Source: a virus | Strand: one strand, 5' to 3' | DNA length: 64,000 bases | IMG/VR virus record: IMGVR_UViG_3300044732_000442 | Span: 52,116 to 116,115 of that record | Translations under genes and position numbers: made by a program | The notes under the pieces: model-generated | The model's input: the letters and a program-made list of their open reading frames with translations, nothing else | Told to the model about the DNA's origin: nothing | The model's database searches: none | In this document: in pieces, positions 47,856 through 57,322 of the stretch | Position numbering within the stretch: the first letter of the stretch is position 1 | Layout: each line of letters starts with the position of its first letter

Positions 47856-48599
47856 ATGCTTAAAATTAATTCATCATTTAATACCTACCAAAATTGTGCT
47901 AGTTGTAATAATATTATTACAGTAAAAACATATGCTCATCCAAATAATCCTAATTACGGCAAACCAATTGTTGCCCACAAAACAAAAATAACATGTAGTC
48001 GTAAATGCCATAAAGAATGGCAAAAAACAATTTCTTGGGAAGAACGAATAGGATTAGAAAGAGCCAATCAAATTAGAGAAGAACGACGGGAACAACTGTT
48101 GTCCAATAACCCTAGTACTGATCCTGAGGTGGCTAAAAAAATAGGTACCAGCTTGTCAGACTATCTAACAAAAAATCCAGAAGTTAGGCAAGGGAAAAAT
48201 AATCCATTCTTCGGTCATTCACACGATCCTGCCCAAATTGAAAAATGGAAAAACGATAAATCAGGTAAGTGGTCGTACTCACCTGAACAAAAAGAAAAAC
48301 AAACTAAGAATACCCCAAAGAAAGAATCTCATCCAAATTGGAAAGGCGGAATTTCAAATGGCGAATATGGTCCGGAATTTAATAAAGAACTTAAAGAAAG
48401 TATTAAAAAAGATTACAGATATGTTTGTCAGATGTGCAATGCACCTAAGGTTAAATTAGATGTACATCATATTGATTACAATAAGAAAAACAATGCCAAT
48501 AACAATCTTATTCCGTTATGTAAACATTGTCACGCAAAAACAAATTTCAAGAGAGAAGAATGGGAAACTCTTTTTAAGAATAGGTTGAATAAAAATTAA
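47856..48599 (+). mobile_element. Free-standing HNH homing endonuclease with NUMOD3-like repeats
   Basis: GKNNPFFGHSH, HPNWKGG and CQMC...VHHIDYNKKNN...NLIPLCKHCHAK motifs. Confidence 0.8.
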
Positions 48600-48628
48600 A
48601 AATAAAGTATAATATGATAAATAAAGAT

Positions 48629-48691
48629 GTAAGTGCTGAATGAGTCAGGCTTACTAATTATACATCTTGCTTATTAAAGGAGAAAAATATG
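48629..48691 (+). promoter_or_regulatory. ROSE-like RNA thermometer in the dnaK 5' UTR
   Basis: 5' hairpin 48629-48654, then TCTTGCTT-ATTA-AAGGAGA (UUGCU paired with the SD, bulged G). Confidence 0.6.
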
Positions 48692-50587
48692 TCAAAGCAT
48701 GTTATTGGCGTGGACTTAGGAACAACTAATTCCTGTGTAGCCATTATTGAAAACGGAATCCCCAAAATAATTGAAAATTCAGAAGGTGCTAGAACTACAC
48801 CCTCAATCGTTGCCTATGCTAATGATGAGATTCTAGTAGGTGCTAGTGCTAAACGTCAATCAGTTACAAATCCAAAGAATACAATCTATGCTGCCAAGCG
48901 ATTAATTGGACGTAAGTTTACAGAACAAGCTGTACAAAAAGATATTGACCTTATGCCTTATTCTATTGTCAAAGCTGATAATGGTGATGCATGGGTAGAA
49001 GTAAATGGACAAAAGCTAGCCCCACCTCAGATTAGTGCTGAGGTATTACGTAAAATGAAAAAGACTGCGGAAGACTATTTGGGTACTTCAGTTACTCAGG
49101 CAGTTATCACAGTACCAGCTTACTTCAATGACAGTCAACGTCAAGCTACTAAAGATGCAGGACGCATTGCTGGTCTAGAAGTATTACGTATTATCAACGA
49201 ACCAACAGCGGCTGCTCTAGCTTATGGTGTAGATAAACAAGATAAGAAGGATCGTAAGATTGCGGTATATGACTTGGGTGGTGGTACATTTGACGTATCT
49301 ATCATTGAACTAGCAGACGTTGAAGGTGAAACTCAAATTGAAGTACTATCAACAAATGGTGATACATTCTTGGGCGGTGAAGACTTTGACCAACGTATTA
49401 TGGATTTCTTAGTTGATGAGTTTAAGAAAGACAATGCGGTTGATCTTAAGAAAGATATGTTAGCATTGCAACGCTTGAAAGAAGCGGCTGAGAAAGCTAA
49501 GATTGAATTGTCCAGTTCAGCACAAACAGATGTTAACTTACCATATATTACTGCTGATGCTAATGGTCCTAAACATTTGAACGTTAAGTTAAGTCGTGCT
49601 AAATTAGAATCATTAGTTGATGAATTAATTCAACGTAGTATCAAACCATGTAAACAAGCCATGACAGATGCAGGTGTTTCAACATCTGATATTGATGAGG
49701 TTATACTTGTTGGTGGTATGACACGTATGCCTAAAGTACAGGAAACTGTTGAAGCATTGTTTGGCAAAGCACCACGTAAAGATGTTAATCCAGATGAAGC
49801 AGTGGCAGCAGGTGCCGCACTTCAAGGTAGCGTATTAGCCGGTGAACGTACTGATGTATTGTTATTAGATGTAACACCATTAAGTTTAGGTATTGAAACA
49901 TCCGGTGGTGTATTTACTAAGTTGATTAAGAAGAATACAACTATTCCAACTAAACATAGTCAAGTGTTCAGTACAGCAGATGATAATCAACCGGCAGTAA
50001 CTATTAAAGTTGCACAAGGTGAGCGTGATTTGTTTACATATAACAAGTTATTAGGTGAGTTTAATTTAGAAGGAATTCCGCCAGCAATGCGTGGAGTACC
50101 ACAAATTGAAGTTACATTAGATGTTGATGCTAATGGTATTCTTAATGTAAGTGCCAAAGACAAAGGTACAGGCAAAGAGAATAAGATTACTATTAAATCT
50201 GATTCAGGATTGACTGAACGTGAAATTCAACAGATGGTTAATGATGCTGAAGAAAATGCAGAAGCTGATGCTAAACAAGTTAAATTCATTCAAGCAAAAA
50301 ATACTGGTGAATCAACATTAAACAGTTTCCGTAAAGATTATGAGAAGTACGGTGACAAAGTAACAGCAGAAGAAAAAGAAAAAGTATCAAATGCTATTGA
50401 TGCATTAGAAGTTGCGTTAGCCGGAACTGAAGTTGAAGAAATTGACAACAAAGTTAAAGAACTATATGAAGCTATTGGTCCTATTACTAAACTCAAGTAT
50501 GAAGAGGAACAAAAAGCCAAAGAAACATCTCAATCACAAAAGTCTGATGACAATGTGGTAGATGCAGAGGTTAAGGAAGCACCTTAA
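48689..50587 (+). CDS. dnaK: Hsp70 chaperone
   Basis: [33 protein letters not shown] and NPDEAVA motifs. Confidence 0.98.
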   Translation: MSKHVIGVDLGTTNSCVAIIENGIPKIIENSEGARTTPSIVAYANDEILVGASAKRQSVTNPKNTIYAAKRLIGRKFTEQAVQKDIDLMPYSIVKADNGDAWVEVNGQKLAPPQISAEVLRKMKKTAEDYLGTSVTQAVITVPAYFNDSQRQATKDAGRIAGLEVLRIINEPTAAALAYGVDKQDKKDRKIAVYDLGGGTFDVSIIELADVEGETQIEVLSTNGDTFLGGEDFDQRIMDFLVDEFKKDNAVDLKKDMLALQRLKEAAEKAKIELSSSAQTDVNLPYITADANGPKHLNVKLSRAKLESLVDELIQRSIKPCKQAMTDAGVSTSDIDEVILVGGMTRMPKVQETVEALFGKAPRKDVNPDEAVAAGAALQGSVLAGERTDVLLLDVTPLSLGIETSGGVFTKLIKKNTTIPTKHSQVFSTADDNQPAVTIKVAQGERDLFTYNKLLGEFNLEGIPPAMRGVPQIEVTLDVDANGILNVSAKDKGTGKENKITIKSDSGLTEREIQQMVNDAEENAEADAKQVKFIQAKNTGESTLNSFRKDYEKYGDKVTAEEKEKVSNAIDALEVALAGTEVEEIDNKVKELYEAIGPITKLKYEEEQKAKETSQSQKSDDNVVDAEVKEAP

Positions 50588-50597
50588 TCTAAACAAA

Positions 50598-50660
50598 ATC
50601 GGGTGCCGCATTCGGCGGGCCCGATATCGTCATAAACTTGCTTATTAGGAGAAAAACATG
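50598..50660 (+). promoter_or_regulatory. ROSE-like RNA thermometer in the sHSP 5' UTR
   Basis: GC-rich hairpin 50598-50625, then CTTGCT-TATT-AGGAG. Confidence 0.7.
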
Positions 50661-51107
50661 ACAACAAAAACATTAACCCTTCGTGCCATTGATATTCCAT
50701 CAATACACAAATTCGGAATCGGATTTGATTCTATGTTAGATGAATTAATGCGTCTAACAGCTGGACAAACAAACACCAACTATCCACCTCACAATGTTAT
50801 TAAAACAGGTGATGAGACTGTAACTATAGAGGTTGCTGTAGCTGGTTTCGGAGAAAATGATTTAGATATAAAATTAGATAACAATGCTTTAATTATATCC
50901 GGGTCCAAAGCACGTGAAGAAATGCTTAACTATGAATATTTACATAGAGGATTAAGCAGTAGAGATTTCACACAAACATTCCCATTAGCTGAACATGTTG
51001 AAGTAATACATGCTGAAGTAAAGAACGGAATTCTTTCTGTTTATTTAGAACGTAAAGTTCCAGAAGAAAAGAAACCAAAATCTATTGCAATTACTTATAC
51101 TAAGTGA
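50658..51107 (+). CDS. ibpA: Small heat-shock protein (IbpA/Hsp20)
   Basis: IGFD, NYPPHN, EVAVAGF, YLHRGL..RDF and NGIL..L..PEEKKP..IAI motifs. Confidence 0.95.
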   Translation: MTTKTLTLRAIDIPSIHKFGIGFDSMLDELMRLTAGQTNTNYPPHNVIKTGDETVTIEVAVAGFGENDLDIKLDNNALIISGSKAREEMLNYEYLHRGLSSRDFTQTFPLAEHVEVIHAEVKNGILSVYLERKVPEEKKPKSIAITYTK

Positions 51108-51169
51108 TATAATAAATTTTATATAAATAAGTGTGCGGGGTAACTCGCACACATAACTAAACTAAAACA

Positions 51170-51478
51170 ATGTCTAAAACAGAAATTAAAACTACCATTA
51201 AACCTAACTTGAGTTTAACAGAGCCTCCGTTATTTAAAATCATTTATTTAAATGATGAGGTAACGAGCATGGAATTTGTCGTAGGTAGTTTAATTGAATA
51301 TTTCAATTACACTGATGACACAGCGGCACATATTACAGAAAATATTCATAGTCAAGGTAGTGCAGTTGTTGCTGTGTTACCATATGAAATTGCTGAACAA
51401 AAAGGTATTGAAGTAACAGTATCGGCACGTAGTCAAGGCTATCCTCTACAAGTTAAAGTAGAGTCTGAAGCTAATTAA
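51170..51478 (+). CDS. clpS: N-end-rule adaptor ClpS
   Basis: IIYLNDEVTSMEFV, IHSQGSAVV, EIAEQK and GYPL motifs. Confidence 0.9.
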   Translation: MSKTEIKTTIKPNLSLTEPPLFKIIYLNDEVTSMEFVVGSLIEYFNYTDDTAAHITENIHSQGSAVVAVLPYEIAEQKGIEVTVSARSQGYPLQVKVESEAN

Positions 51479-52167
51479 ACTTCTATTCTTTTAGCCCAAT
51501 ATGGGTTTCTTTTATAATAACTGTTGTTGATATAGTTAATACCATCTAACACAATATCAACACTTTTATTATATTGACCATACACCCAATGAGTTACTTT
51601 ACCCTCTGAATCTTTAATCAAGGATAATTTTAACGGTGGTATGGAATATATGTCATCTGGTTCTTCTCCGAATAATAATTCATGTCCGGGAGCAGAATGA
51701 CTAACAATTAAGATTTTTGTTACATCTAAATGAAGCTGTAGTTTTTCAATAGAATTACCTAAATAACCTATATCTTCATATCGTTCATTTTCTATGTGTA
51801 CAGGACTTAGTAAAGGATATGCATATTCATTATGAAACCAACCATTGGTTCCTACAATAGCAATACCATCTATGATAACTACATGGTTATGTAAATATGC
51901 TACATTGCGTATACTTTTAGATATAGTAACCAGTTCATTAGTACGTACAGTTATATTAGCTACACCTTCATACTCTAATGATCCTGCGGTGTAGAACACG
52001 CCTTGATAAAAATGTGATAAATGTAATAGGATTTGATGTATAGTACGTAAATCATTACTGATGTTACCTGCTATAATACAATAGAGACTTGTTGCTTTTC
52101 CTTCCCAATCAAATTGTTCGGTCGGGCCAAGATTTAGGTCACTTATTACATCAAATCCTATTTTCAT
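51475..52167 (-). CDS. Calcineurin-like metallophosphoesterase homolog with substituted metal ligands
   Basis: ISDLNL, AGNI, AGSLEY, SHSAP and WVYGQ in place of DxH, GD, GNHE, H and GHxH. Confidence 0.65.
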   Translation of the reverse strand: MKIGFDVISDLNLGPTEQFDWEGKATSLYCIIAGNISNDLRTIHQILLHLSHFYQGVFYTAGSLEYEGVANITVRTNELVTISKSIRNVAYLHNHVVIIDGIAIVGTNGWFHNEYAYPLLSPVHIENERYEDIGYLGNSIEKLQLHLDVTKILIVSHSAPGHELLFGEEPDDIYSIPPLKLSLIKDSEGKVTHWVYGQYNKSVDIVLDGINYINNSYYKRNPYWAKRIEV

Positions 52168-52178
52168 TAATCGGGTAG

Positions 52179-52493
52179 TTACTTAGCTACTGTAACTTTT
52201 GGCTTGGCTGTTTTTGCAGGTGCTTTAGCTTTAGCCGGGGCTTTAGCGGCTGTTTTTGCCGGCGCCTTTGGCTTTGCTGGGGCTCTAGCTTTTTTAACAG
52301 GTGCTACAATTGATGAAGCTTCTGTTCCGGCAGGTAGTGCTTCTACGTTAGGTGCCTCAACCTTAACTGGCTCTGCTACCGGAGCAGATGCTTCTACCTT
52401 ATAAGGTGCCGCTACTTCTGTTGTTTTATCATTACGCATGAAAAAGAACCAAGCTATACCAGCCAAAATAACCAATCCTATAATAATTTCCAT
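52179..52493 (-). CDS. Membrane-anchored Ala/Lys/Pro-rich protein
   Basis: N-terminal TM; AKAPAK repeats; AGGAG SD. Confidence 0.7.
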   Translation of the reverse strand: MEIIIGLVILAGIAWFFFMRNDKTTEVAAPYKVEASAPVAEPVKVEAPNVEALPAGTEASSIVAPVKKARAPAKPKAPAKTAAKAPAKAKAPAKTAKPKVTVAK

Positions 52494-52592
52494 TTAATTT
52501 CTCCTAAACATATATTTACTCTAGGACGTTAAATTGGTTATTTTTTCCTAATATATTGCTAGATTGCAGGGTCCTGCTACAATAAATACAGT

Positions 52593-53084
52593 ATGACAAA
52601 AAAATCCGAACTTTCCAAATTAATGCGTGAACCGCTACCAAGTATCGGTTACCAAAAACGTCTAAGCTACCGAACGAATAACGCTGAAGTAGTAGAACTA
52701 TATAAACTAATCAATCAGGCATGCTTTAACAATAAGTTGAACATGCCTGAAATTGAGGTTACAGCCCGTTGTAGAAAATACTGGGGTATGTGTTTTGGCA
52801 GTTTTGAGATTGTTAAATATCGCAAAACCTATTGTAAAATCCGTCTCATGGACAAGTGGTTCTGTAAACAGTGGTTAATCACTACTTTAGCACATGAAAT
52901 GGTGCATCAATATCAATGGGATATTGACGGAGCTAAACGTGAACGTGAAGGTAAAGATAGAATAATGAGTCATGGTCCTAGCTTCTATGCTCATAGAGAA
53001 AGACTAGCTAAACATGGGATTTCATTAAAAGTAGGCCATGGTCAAAAGCGTTGGCTTAAACATCAAAGCTTTGCTAAATGTTAA
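52593..53084 (+). CDS. SprT-like Zn metalloprotease
   Basis: FNNKL, TLAHEMVHQYQ and SHGPSF motifs. Confidence 0.8.
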   Translation: MTKKSELSKLMREPLPSIGYQKRLSYRTNNAEVVELYKLINQACFNNKLNMPEIEVTARCRKYWGMCFGSFEIVKYRKTYCKIRLMDKWFCKQWLITTLAHEMVHQYQWDIDGAKREREGKDRIMSHGPSFYAHRERLAKHGISLKVGHGQKRWLKHQSFAKC

Positions 53085-54238
53085 GCTCGTCCGACTGCCC
53101 TAGCCCCTACATAATCTTTGTATGATTTTGAGATAGACTTATCGTGCTGTGCTTGATCCACTGCTTTTTGATTAGGATTATCTATAACGTTACCGTGTTG
53201 ATCCACTAAGATAACATCCTTATTACCCTTTTTACCTATGCCACGAGTTAATGTAACTCCTAAGGGACGAATACCTGCAACACCCAAACTACCACCATTA
53301 CGTGTACTATCATTACGCAACAACCAAACCATTAAATGGCTTTCTGGTATGTCGGCTGCACTAGTAATAACAGCATGTGCATCAACTGTTACAGTAGCAC
53401 CATCTTGTACAAAATGCTCTGGCTTGAATGTCTGTATAACAATTCCACCTTTAGGATTTAAATCACTTCCAAAGATAGCATTCAATGCTTCTTCTTCAGT
53501 AGGCTCCATAACAATTTCTTTACTTAATTCGTATACAGGAACAGTACCTGTCTTTAATTTACGTTCGCCAATTTGGTTAAGTTTGACATAACCCTTTTTG
53601 ACTAACTTATCTAATATTTTTCGTGCCCGCTCACCAAACAAATTATCAGCACTTTCCCACATATCGGCATCTAATTTCTTAATACTAATTGGTAAAAATC
53701 CTTTAGGACTTTGTAATACAACATCTGCTTTCTTACGGTTACCCGTATCACGTCCTGCAACGTCAACATTAATGCAGTTCTTAATGGTCATCTTCTTACC
53801 ACGTGGATCAACAAACGTTACATTGGCTGAACCATATGTCTCAACTACTGATTGAATAATACTAGCTAACTCTAGTTCATTAGCTACACCTGCACTTTTC
53901 TCACCCTGTTTACCGCTATCTTTTACAACAACTTGCACTGCACTATTAGCAAATATTACACCGCCCAAACTACTTATACCAGGATCACGTGAATATTCAA
54001 CCCCATCCTGAGGGTATGCTTTTTTCAATACAGCCAATACTTCTCGTAAGATATCATTACGGAATTCAGCTTTTTTAGCACCATCGGGTATCTGTACCAA
54101 AACATTGATTTTGTTCCCGTTAATTTTGAAATCTTCATACCCAGCTTTACGCAGAGTCTGTTCCACATCATGTTTGGTAACAGTCTTTAATTGGTCAACA
54201 GCTTCAACCAAAGTTCTTGTAAATTCAGTATATCTCAT
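53081..54238 (-). CDS. Putative PD-(D/E)XK nuclease-like virion-internal protein
   Basis: NELEL...KKADVVL...PISIKK; N-terminus MRYTEFTRTLVE; TAAATA upstream on the minus strand. Confidence 0.5.
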   Translation of the reverse strand: MRYTEFTRTLVEAVDQLKTVTKHDVEQTLRKAGYEDFKINGNKINVLVQIPDGAKKAEFRNDILREVLAVLKKAYPQDGVEYSRDPGISSLGGVIFANSAVQVVVKDSGKQGEKSAGVANELELASIIQSVVETYGSANVTFVDPRGKKMTIKNCINVDVAGRDTGNRKKADVVLQSPKGFLPISIKKLDADMWESADNLFGERARKILDKLVKKGYVKLNQIGERKLKTGTVPVYELSKEIVMEPTEEEALNAIFGSDLNPKGGIVIQTFKPEHFVQDGATVTVDAHAVITSAADIPESHLMVWLLRNDSTRNGGSLGVAGIRPLGVTLTRGIGKKGNKDVILVDQHGNVIDNPNQKAVDQAQHDKSISKSYKDYVGARAVGRA

Positions 54239-54316
54239 GTATAATATCTCAAATAATATGCTAATTATAGCACCATTAAGTATTTATCGCAAAACATTTT
54301 TAAACAAGGAAACAAT

Positions 54317-54910
54317 ATGAGCTTAGTCCCAATGGTATTAGAACAAACAAGTAAAGGCGAACGTAGTTATGACATTTATAGTCGTTTACTACGTGACCGT
54401 GTTATTTTACTTGAAGGTGAGGTACATGACCAAATGGCAAATCTAATCGTTGCACAACTACTATATTTGGAAAGTGAAAATTCAGATAAGGACATCAGTC
54501 TATATGTCAATAGCCCGGGCGGATCAGTTACTGCTGGTATGGCAATATATGATTGTATGCAGTTTATCAGACCTGACGTACAAACTATTGTTATGGGTCA
54601 AGCTTGTTCAATGGGTAGTTTGTTAGGTCAAGCTGGTGCAAAAGGTAAACGAATGATTCTTCCTAACGCACGACATATGATTCATCAACCAAGTGGTGGA
54701 GCACGTGGTCAGGCCACTGATATGGAAATTCAAGTTAAAGAGATTTTGGCTATGAAAAAGTCTCTAACACAAATCTATGTTGACCACAATAGTGCTGGAA
54801 AGTCGTTTGAGGAACTTGCAAAAGACATGGAACGTGACTTTTTTATGAGTGCTAACGAGGCCGTAGCGTATGGCCTAGCTGATAGTGTGTTGCAAAAACG
54901 CAACAGTTAA
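54317..54910 (+). CDS. clpP: Clp protease proteolytic subunit
   Basis: [29 protein letters not shown] and ERDFFM motifs. Confidence 0.97.
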   Translation: MSLVPMVLEQTSKGERSYDIYSRLLRDRVILLEGEVHDQMANLIVAQLLYLESENSDKDISLYVNSPGGSVTAGMAIYDCMQFIRPDVQTIVMGQACSMGSLLGQAGAKGKRMILPNARHMIHQPSGGARGQATDMEIQVKEILAMKKSLTQIYVDHNSAGKSFEELAKDMERDFFMSANEAVAYGLADSVLQKRNS

Positions 54911-54977
54911 TAATTTGACAATAAATGGAATTCCTGTTAAACTTACATCTTGTTTGTAACTTTAATAGGAATTTTTT

Positions 54978-55505
54978 ATGTCTAAAAATGCAGTATTGTT
55001 CCGTGAAGTAATTTTCAAATATCACCCTGCATTCAAACGCAGTCAGGACTTGTGTAATTGGGCTTACAAGAATCCTGATATGTTTAACGTTACTAGGTTA
55101 ATAGAGGAAAGTTTTGCGGCAGTAGGATCTTATAAATTTATTGATGGTAGCCATTGTGATTTTTCAGATGGTACCGATAGTAAAACAGCTAGTATTGGTG
55201 TTAATTCGTCAGGTGCATCAAACACTAGTTTTACAGGGGCAGTACATAGTGTAGTCACATCTGCCGGTACACTTAAAGAAGGTGGGTTAAGAGTTATAGT
55301 TTACAACCCACACACTGATTCTTTAATGTATTATTTCTTACCCAAAAGCTTTTGGAGTAAACATATCACAATGCATAATAAAAAGAATTGTGGATTAATT
55401 ACATATTCTTACAATATTAAAAAAGACAATATTAAAAAATTTGAAAACTTTAGATTTCGGTCTTTTCGTCAACTAGCGTTATGTCCCTATAATTGGGAAA
55501 TTTGA
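54978..55505 (+). CDS. Hypothetical protein, possibly restriction-endonuclease-like
   Basis: IEE...DFSDGTDSKTAS pattern. Confidence 0.5.
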   Translation: MSKNAVLFREVIFKYHPAFKRSQDLCNWAYKNPDMFNVTRLIEESFAAVGSYKFIDGSHCDFSDGTDSKTASIGVNSSGASNTSFTGAVHSVVTSAGTLKEGGLRVIVYNPHTDSLMYYFLPKSFWSKHITMHNKKNCGLITYSYNIKKDNIKKFENFRFRSFRQLALCPYNWEI

Positions 55506-55563
55506 CAATAAATGGGCTTTCTGCTACAATAGAATCTTAGACAGTTAACTAAAGGACTACGAA

Positions 55564-55830
55564 ATGGCAAAGAAAATCTCTATCAAAGTATTCGGTGACC
55601 CAGGACACGCTTGGGCACGTTTCCCTAAAGCTAAGTTGGTTAGTCTTGGTATTGCCGACAAGATTACTCCCTACAGCTATCAAAATGGTACTAATGCTTT
55701 CCTTGAGGAAGATTGTGACCTGTCAACATTGTTGACGGCTCTTAAAGCCAAGGGTTATGAAATAAAATTCAACGAAAGCTTTACCAATAAACAAAGCAAA
55801 ATCCGTGGTTATTGCACATACCAAATTTGA
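55564..55830 (+). CDS. Early hypothetical protein
   Basis: DPGHAW...SY....FLEEDCD. Confidence 0.7.
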   Translation: MAKKISIKVFGDPGHAWARFPKAKLVSLGIADKITPYSYQNGTNAFLEEDCDLSTLLTALKAKGYEIKFNESFTNKQSKIRGYCTYQI

Positions 55831-55885
55831 CAATAAATGGGTTTGGGTCTATAATAGAGTCTTATTCAGTCAAAAGGAGTTAGCA

Positions 55886-56173
55886 ATGAGTTTACGATAC
55901 GATACAGTGGGCGAGATGATTACCATGAACGAAAGCCAAAAACGTGACATTCGTATGTATGGATGCACCGAGGCGCAAATGCGTGAGGCTGTAGAACAAA
56001 GTATTACTTTTCGTCATTCTGGTCCTGCTATGATGGCCGCTAGTCTTATGTCCGATGCCCAAGAGATGATTAATACCGAGTACGGTGACATTGACTATAT
56101 GCGAGCCGAAGACGCCCGTCAAGCCCTCAATCGTGCAAAATGGATCCTTTTTGAGTATTGCGACAAACGTTAA
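55886..56173 (+). CDS. Early hypothetical protein
   Basis: AGGAG SD before ATG 55886. Confidence 0.7.
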   Translation: MSLRYDTVGEMITMNESQKRDIRMYGCTEAQMREAVEQSITFRHSGPAMMAASLMSDAQEMINTEYGDIDYMRAEDARQALNRAKWILFEYCDKR

Positions 56174-56237
56174 AATTTGACAATAAATGGATTTGGGTAT
56201 ATAATAGAATCTTAGACAGTCAACTAAAGGACACGAA

Positions 56238-56498
56238 ATGAAAGAAGTTACAGCAATCAAAGTTATCCAAAAAGATGCAGAGTTTTTGGGCATGAGTTTT
56301 ATATCAATGGTTAAGTTTATTGAAACTAACCCTTTGGCACAAACCAGTAAGACTTTGGAAGCTTTCAAGGTTCTTAATCCCGGATTCGTATTCCCCAAGA
56401 AAACAGTCACTAATTTAATGACCGGCAAGAAAATAGAGATTGATGCTGATACCCCACACTGTTGTAATCCTGCAACAGAGACTTATTGGTCAATGTAA
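56238..56498 (+). CDS. Early hypothetical protein
   Basis: NLMTGK..EI..DTP.CC.P..ETYWSM. Confidence 0.7.
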   Translation: MKEVTAIKVIQKDAEFLGMSFISMVKFIETNPLAQTSKTLEAFKVLNPGFVFPKKTVTNLMTGKKIEIDADTPHCCNPATETYWSM

Positions 56499-56560
56499 AA
56501 ATTTGACAATAAATGAGTTTGGGTATATAATAGAGTCTTATTCAGTCAAAAGGAAACAAA

Positions 56561-56908
56561 ATGTTGTTAGTTAACAAATCTCTCAAAACTTCAGGTAACG
56601 GTCTCTGGTCAATTGCAGTTAAAAGTGTTAAGGTTACAGGTTTGGACCTCTCTTATATAAATGACGAAGGTGAATTCGGTGAGTTGCGTGTGTACTTTGA
56701 TACTACATCTTGGAACGTTGACAAAGACGGATTGATCTATACTGACAAACAATTCATTAAGGAAGTGAAAAAATTGTTGGCCGAACAACATCTCGGTACT
56801 GACGTTTCATATTCCGAGCAAGGTATGCAAGGTGATACTTTTGTATCACTGGATTGCGGATCCGAATTCATCAAATCTTTCCAAAATTTGCTTGTTGTAG
56901 AACTATAA
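56561..56908 (+). CDS. Early hypothetical protein
   Basis: GLIYTD...YSEQGMQG. Confidence 0.7.
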   Translation: MLLVNKSLKTSGNGLWSIAVKSVKVTGLDLSYINDEGEFGELRVYFDTTSWNVDKDGLIYTDKQFIKEVKKLLAEQHLGTDVSYSEQGMQGDTFVSLDCGSEFIKSFQNLLVVEL

Positions 56909-56983
56909 AAATAGCCAAAATTTGACAATAAATGGCTTTGGGTATATAATAGAATCTTAGACAGTAAAGAAAAGGACTAAAAA

Positions 56984-57256
56984 ATGCGTACAAAAACTAT
57001 CATTGACGGCTTCAAAAATTCACAAAAATTCCGTGTAATTTTCAAGGGTGACGGATCCGAAAACGATATCGGTATGTATATGACAATCCAGCAAATGACG
57101 GAAATGTTTGCTACCGTTAACGCCCGTGCTACTTGCTGGGATGCATTGATTAAATTGTCTTATTTGCGTTATGAAGCTAACCGCACAAATCAACCGATTC
57201 CGACAGGTCTCGGTCACACAATCCGGGGCAAACAAGTCCAAGTAGACTTGGTGTAA
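56984..57256 (+). CDS. Early hypothetical protein
   Basis: Follows the promoter repeat and SD. Confidence 0.7.
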   Translation: MRTKTIIDGFKNSQKFRVIFKGDGSENDIGMYMTIQQMTEMFATVNARATCWDALIKLSYLRYEANRTNQPIPTGLGHTIRGKQVQVDLV

Positions 57257-57322
57257 AATTTGACATTAAATGGCATTTGTGCTATAATATATTCTTAGAC
57301 AGTTAAATAAAGGACTTACAAA

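Larger units (their letters stand above)
54912..57315 (+). repeat. Tandem array of seven promoter repeats, each heading one gene
   Basis: TTGACA at 54915, 55502, 55827, 56177, 56503, 56922 and 57260, each with a 17-nt spacer to the -10 box and shared flanking sequence. Confidence 0.9.

Noticed and set aside
46398-54910. Bacterial chromosomal origin of the window
   Set aside because: Host-like genes are embedded among T4-like replication genes, TAAATA late boxes and phage hypothetical genes, without bacterial operon context (no tig-clpP-clpX-lon or dnaK-dnaJ).
54912-57322. CRISPR array
   Set aside because: Repeats are sigma70 promoters separated by 300-600-bp ORFs, not 30-40-nt spacers; no cas genes.
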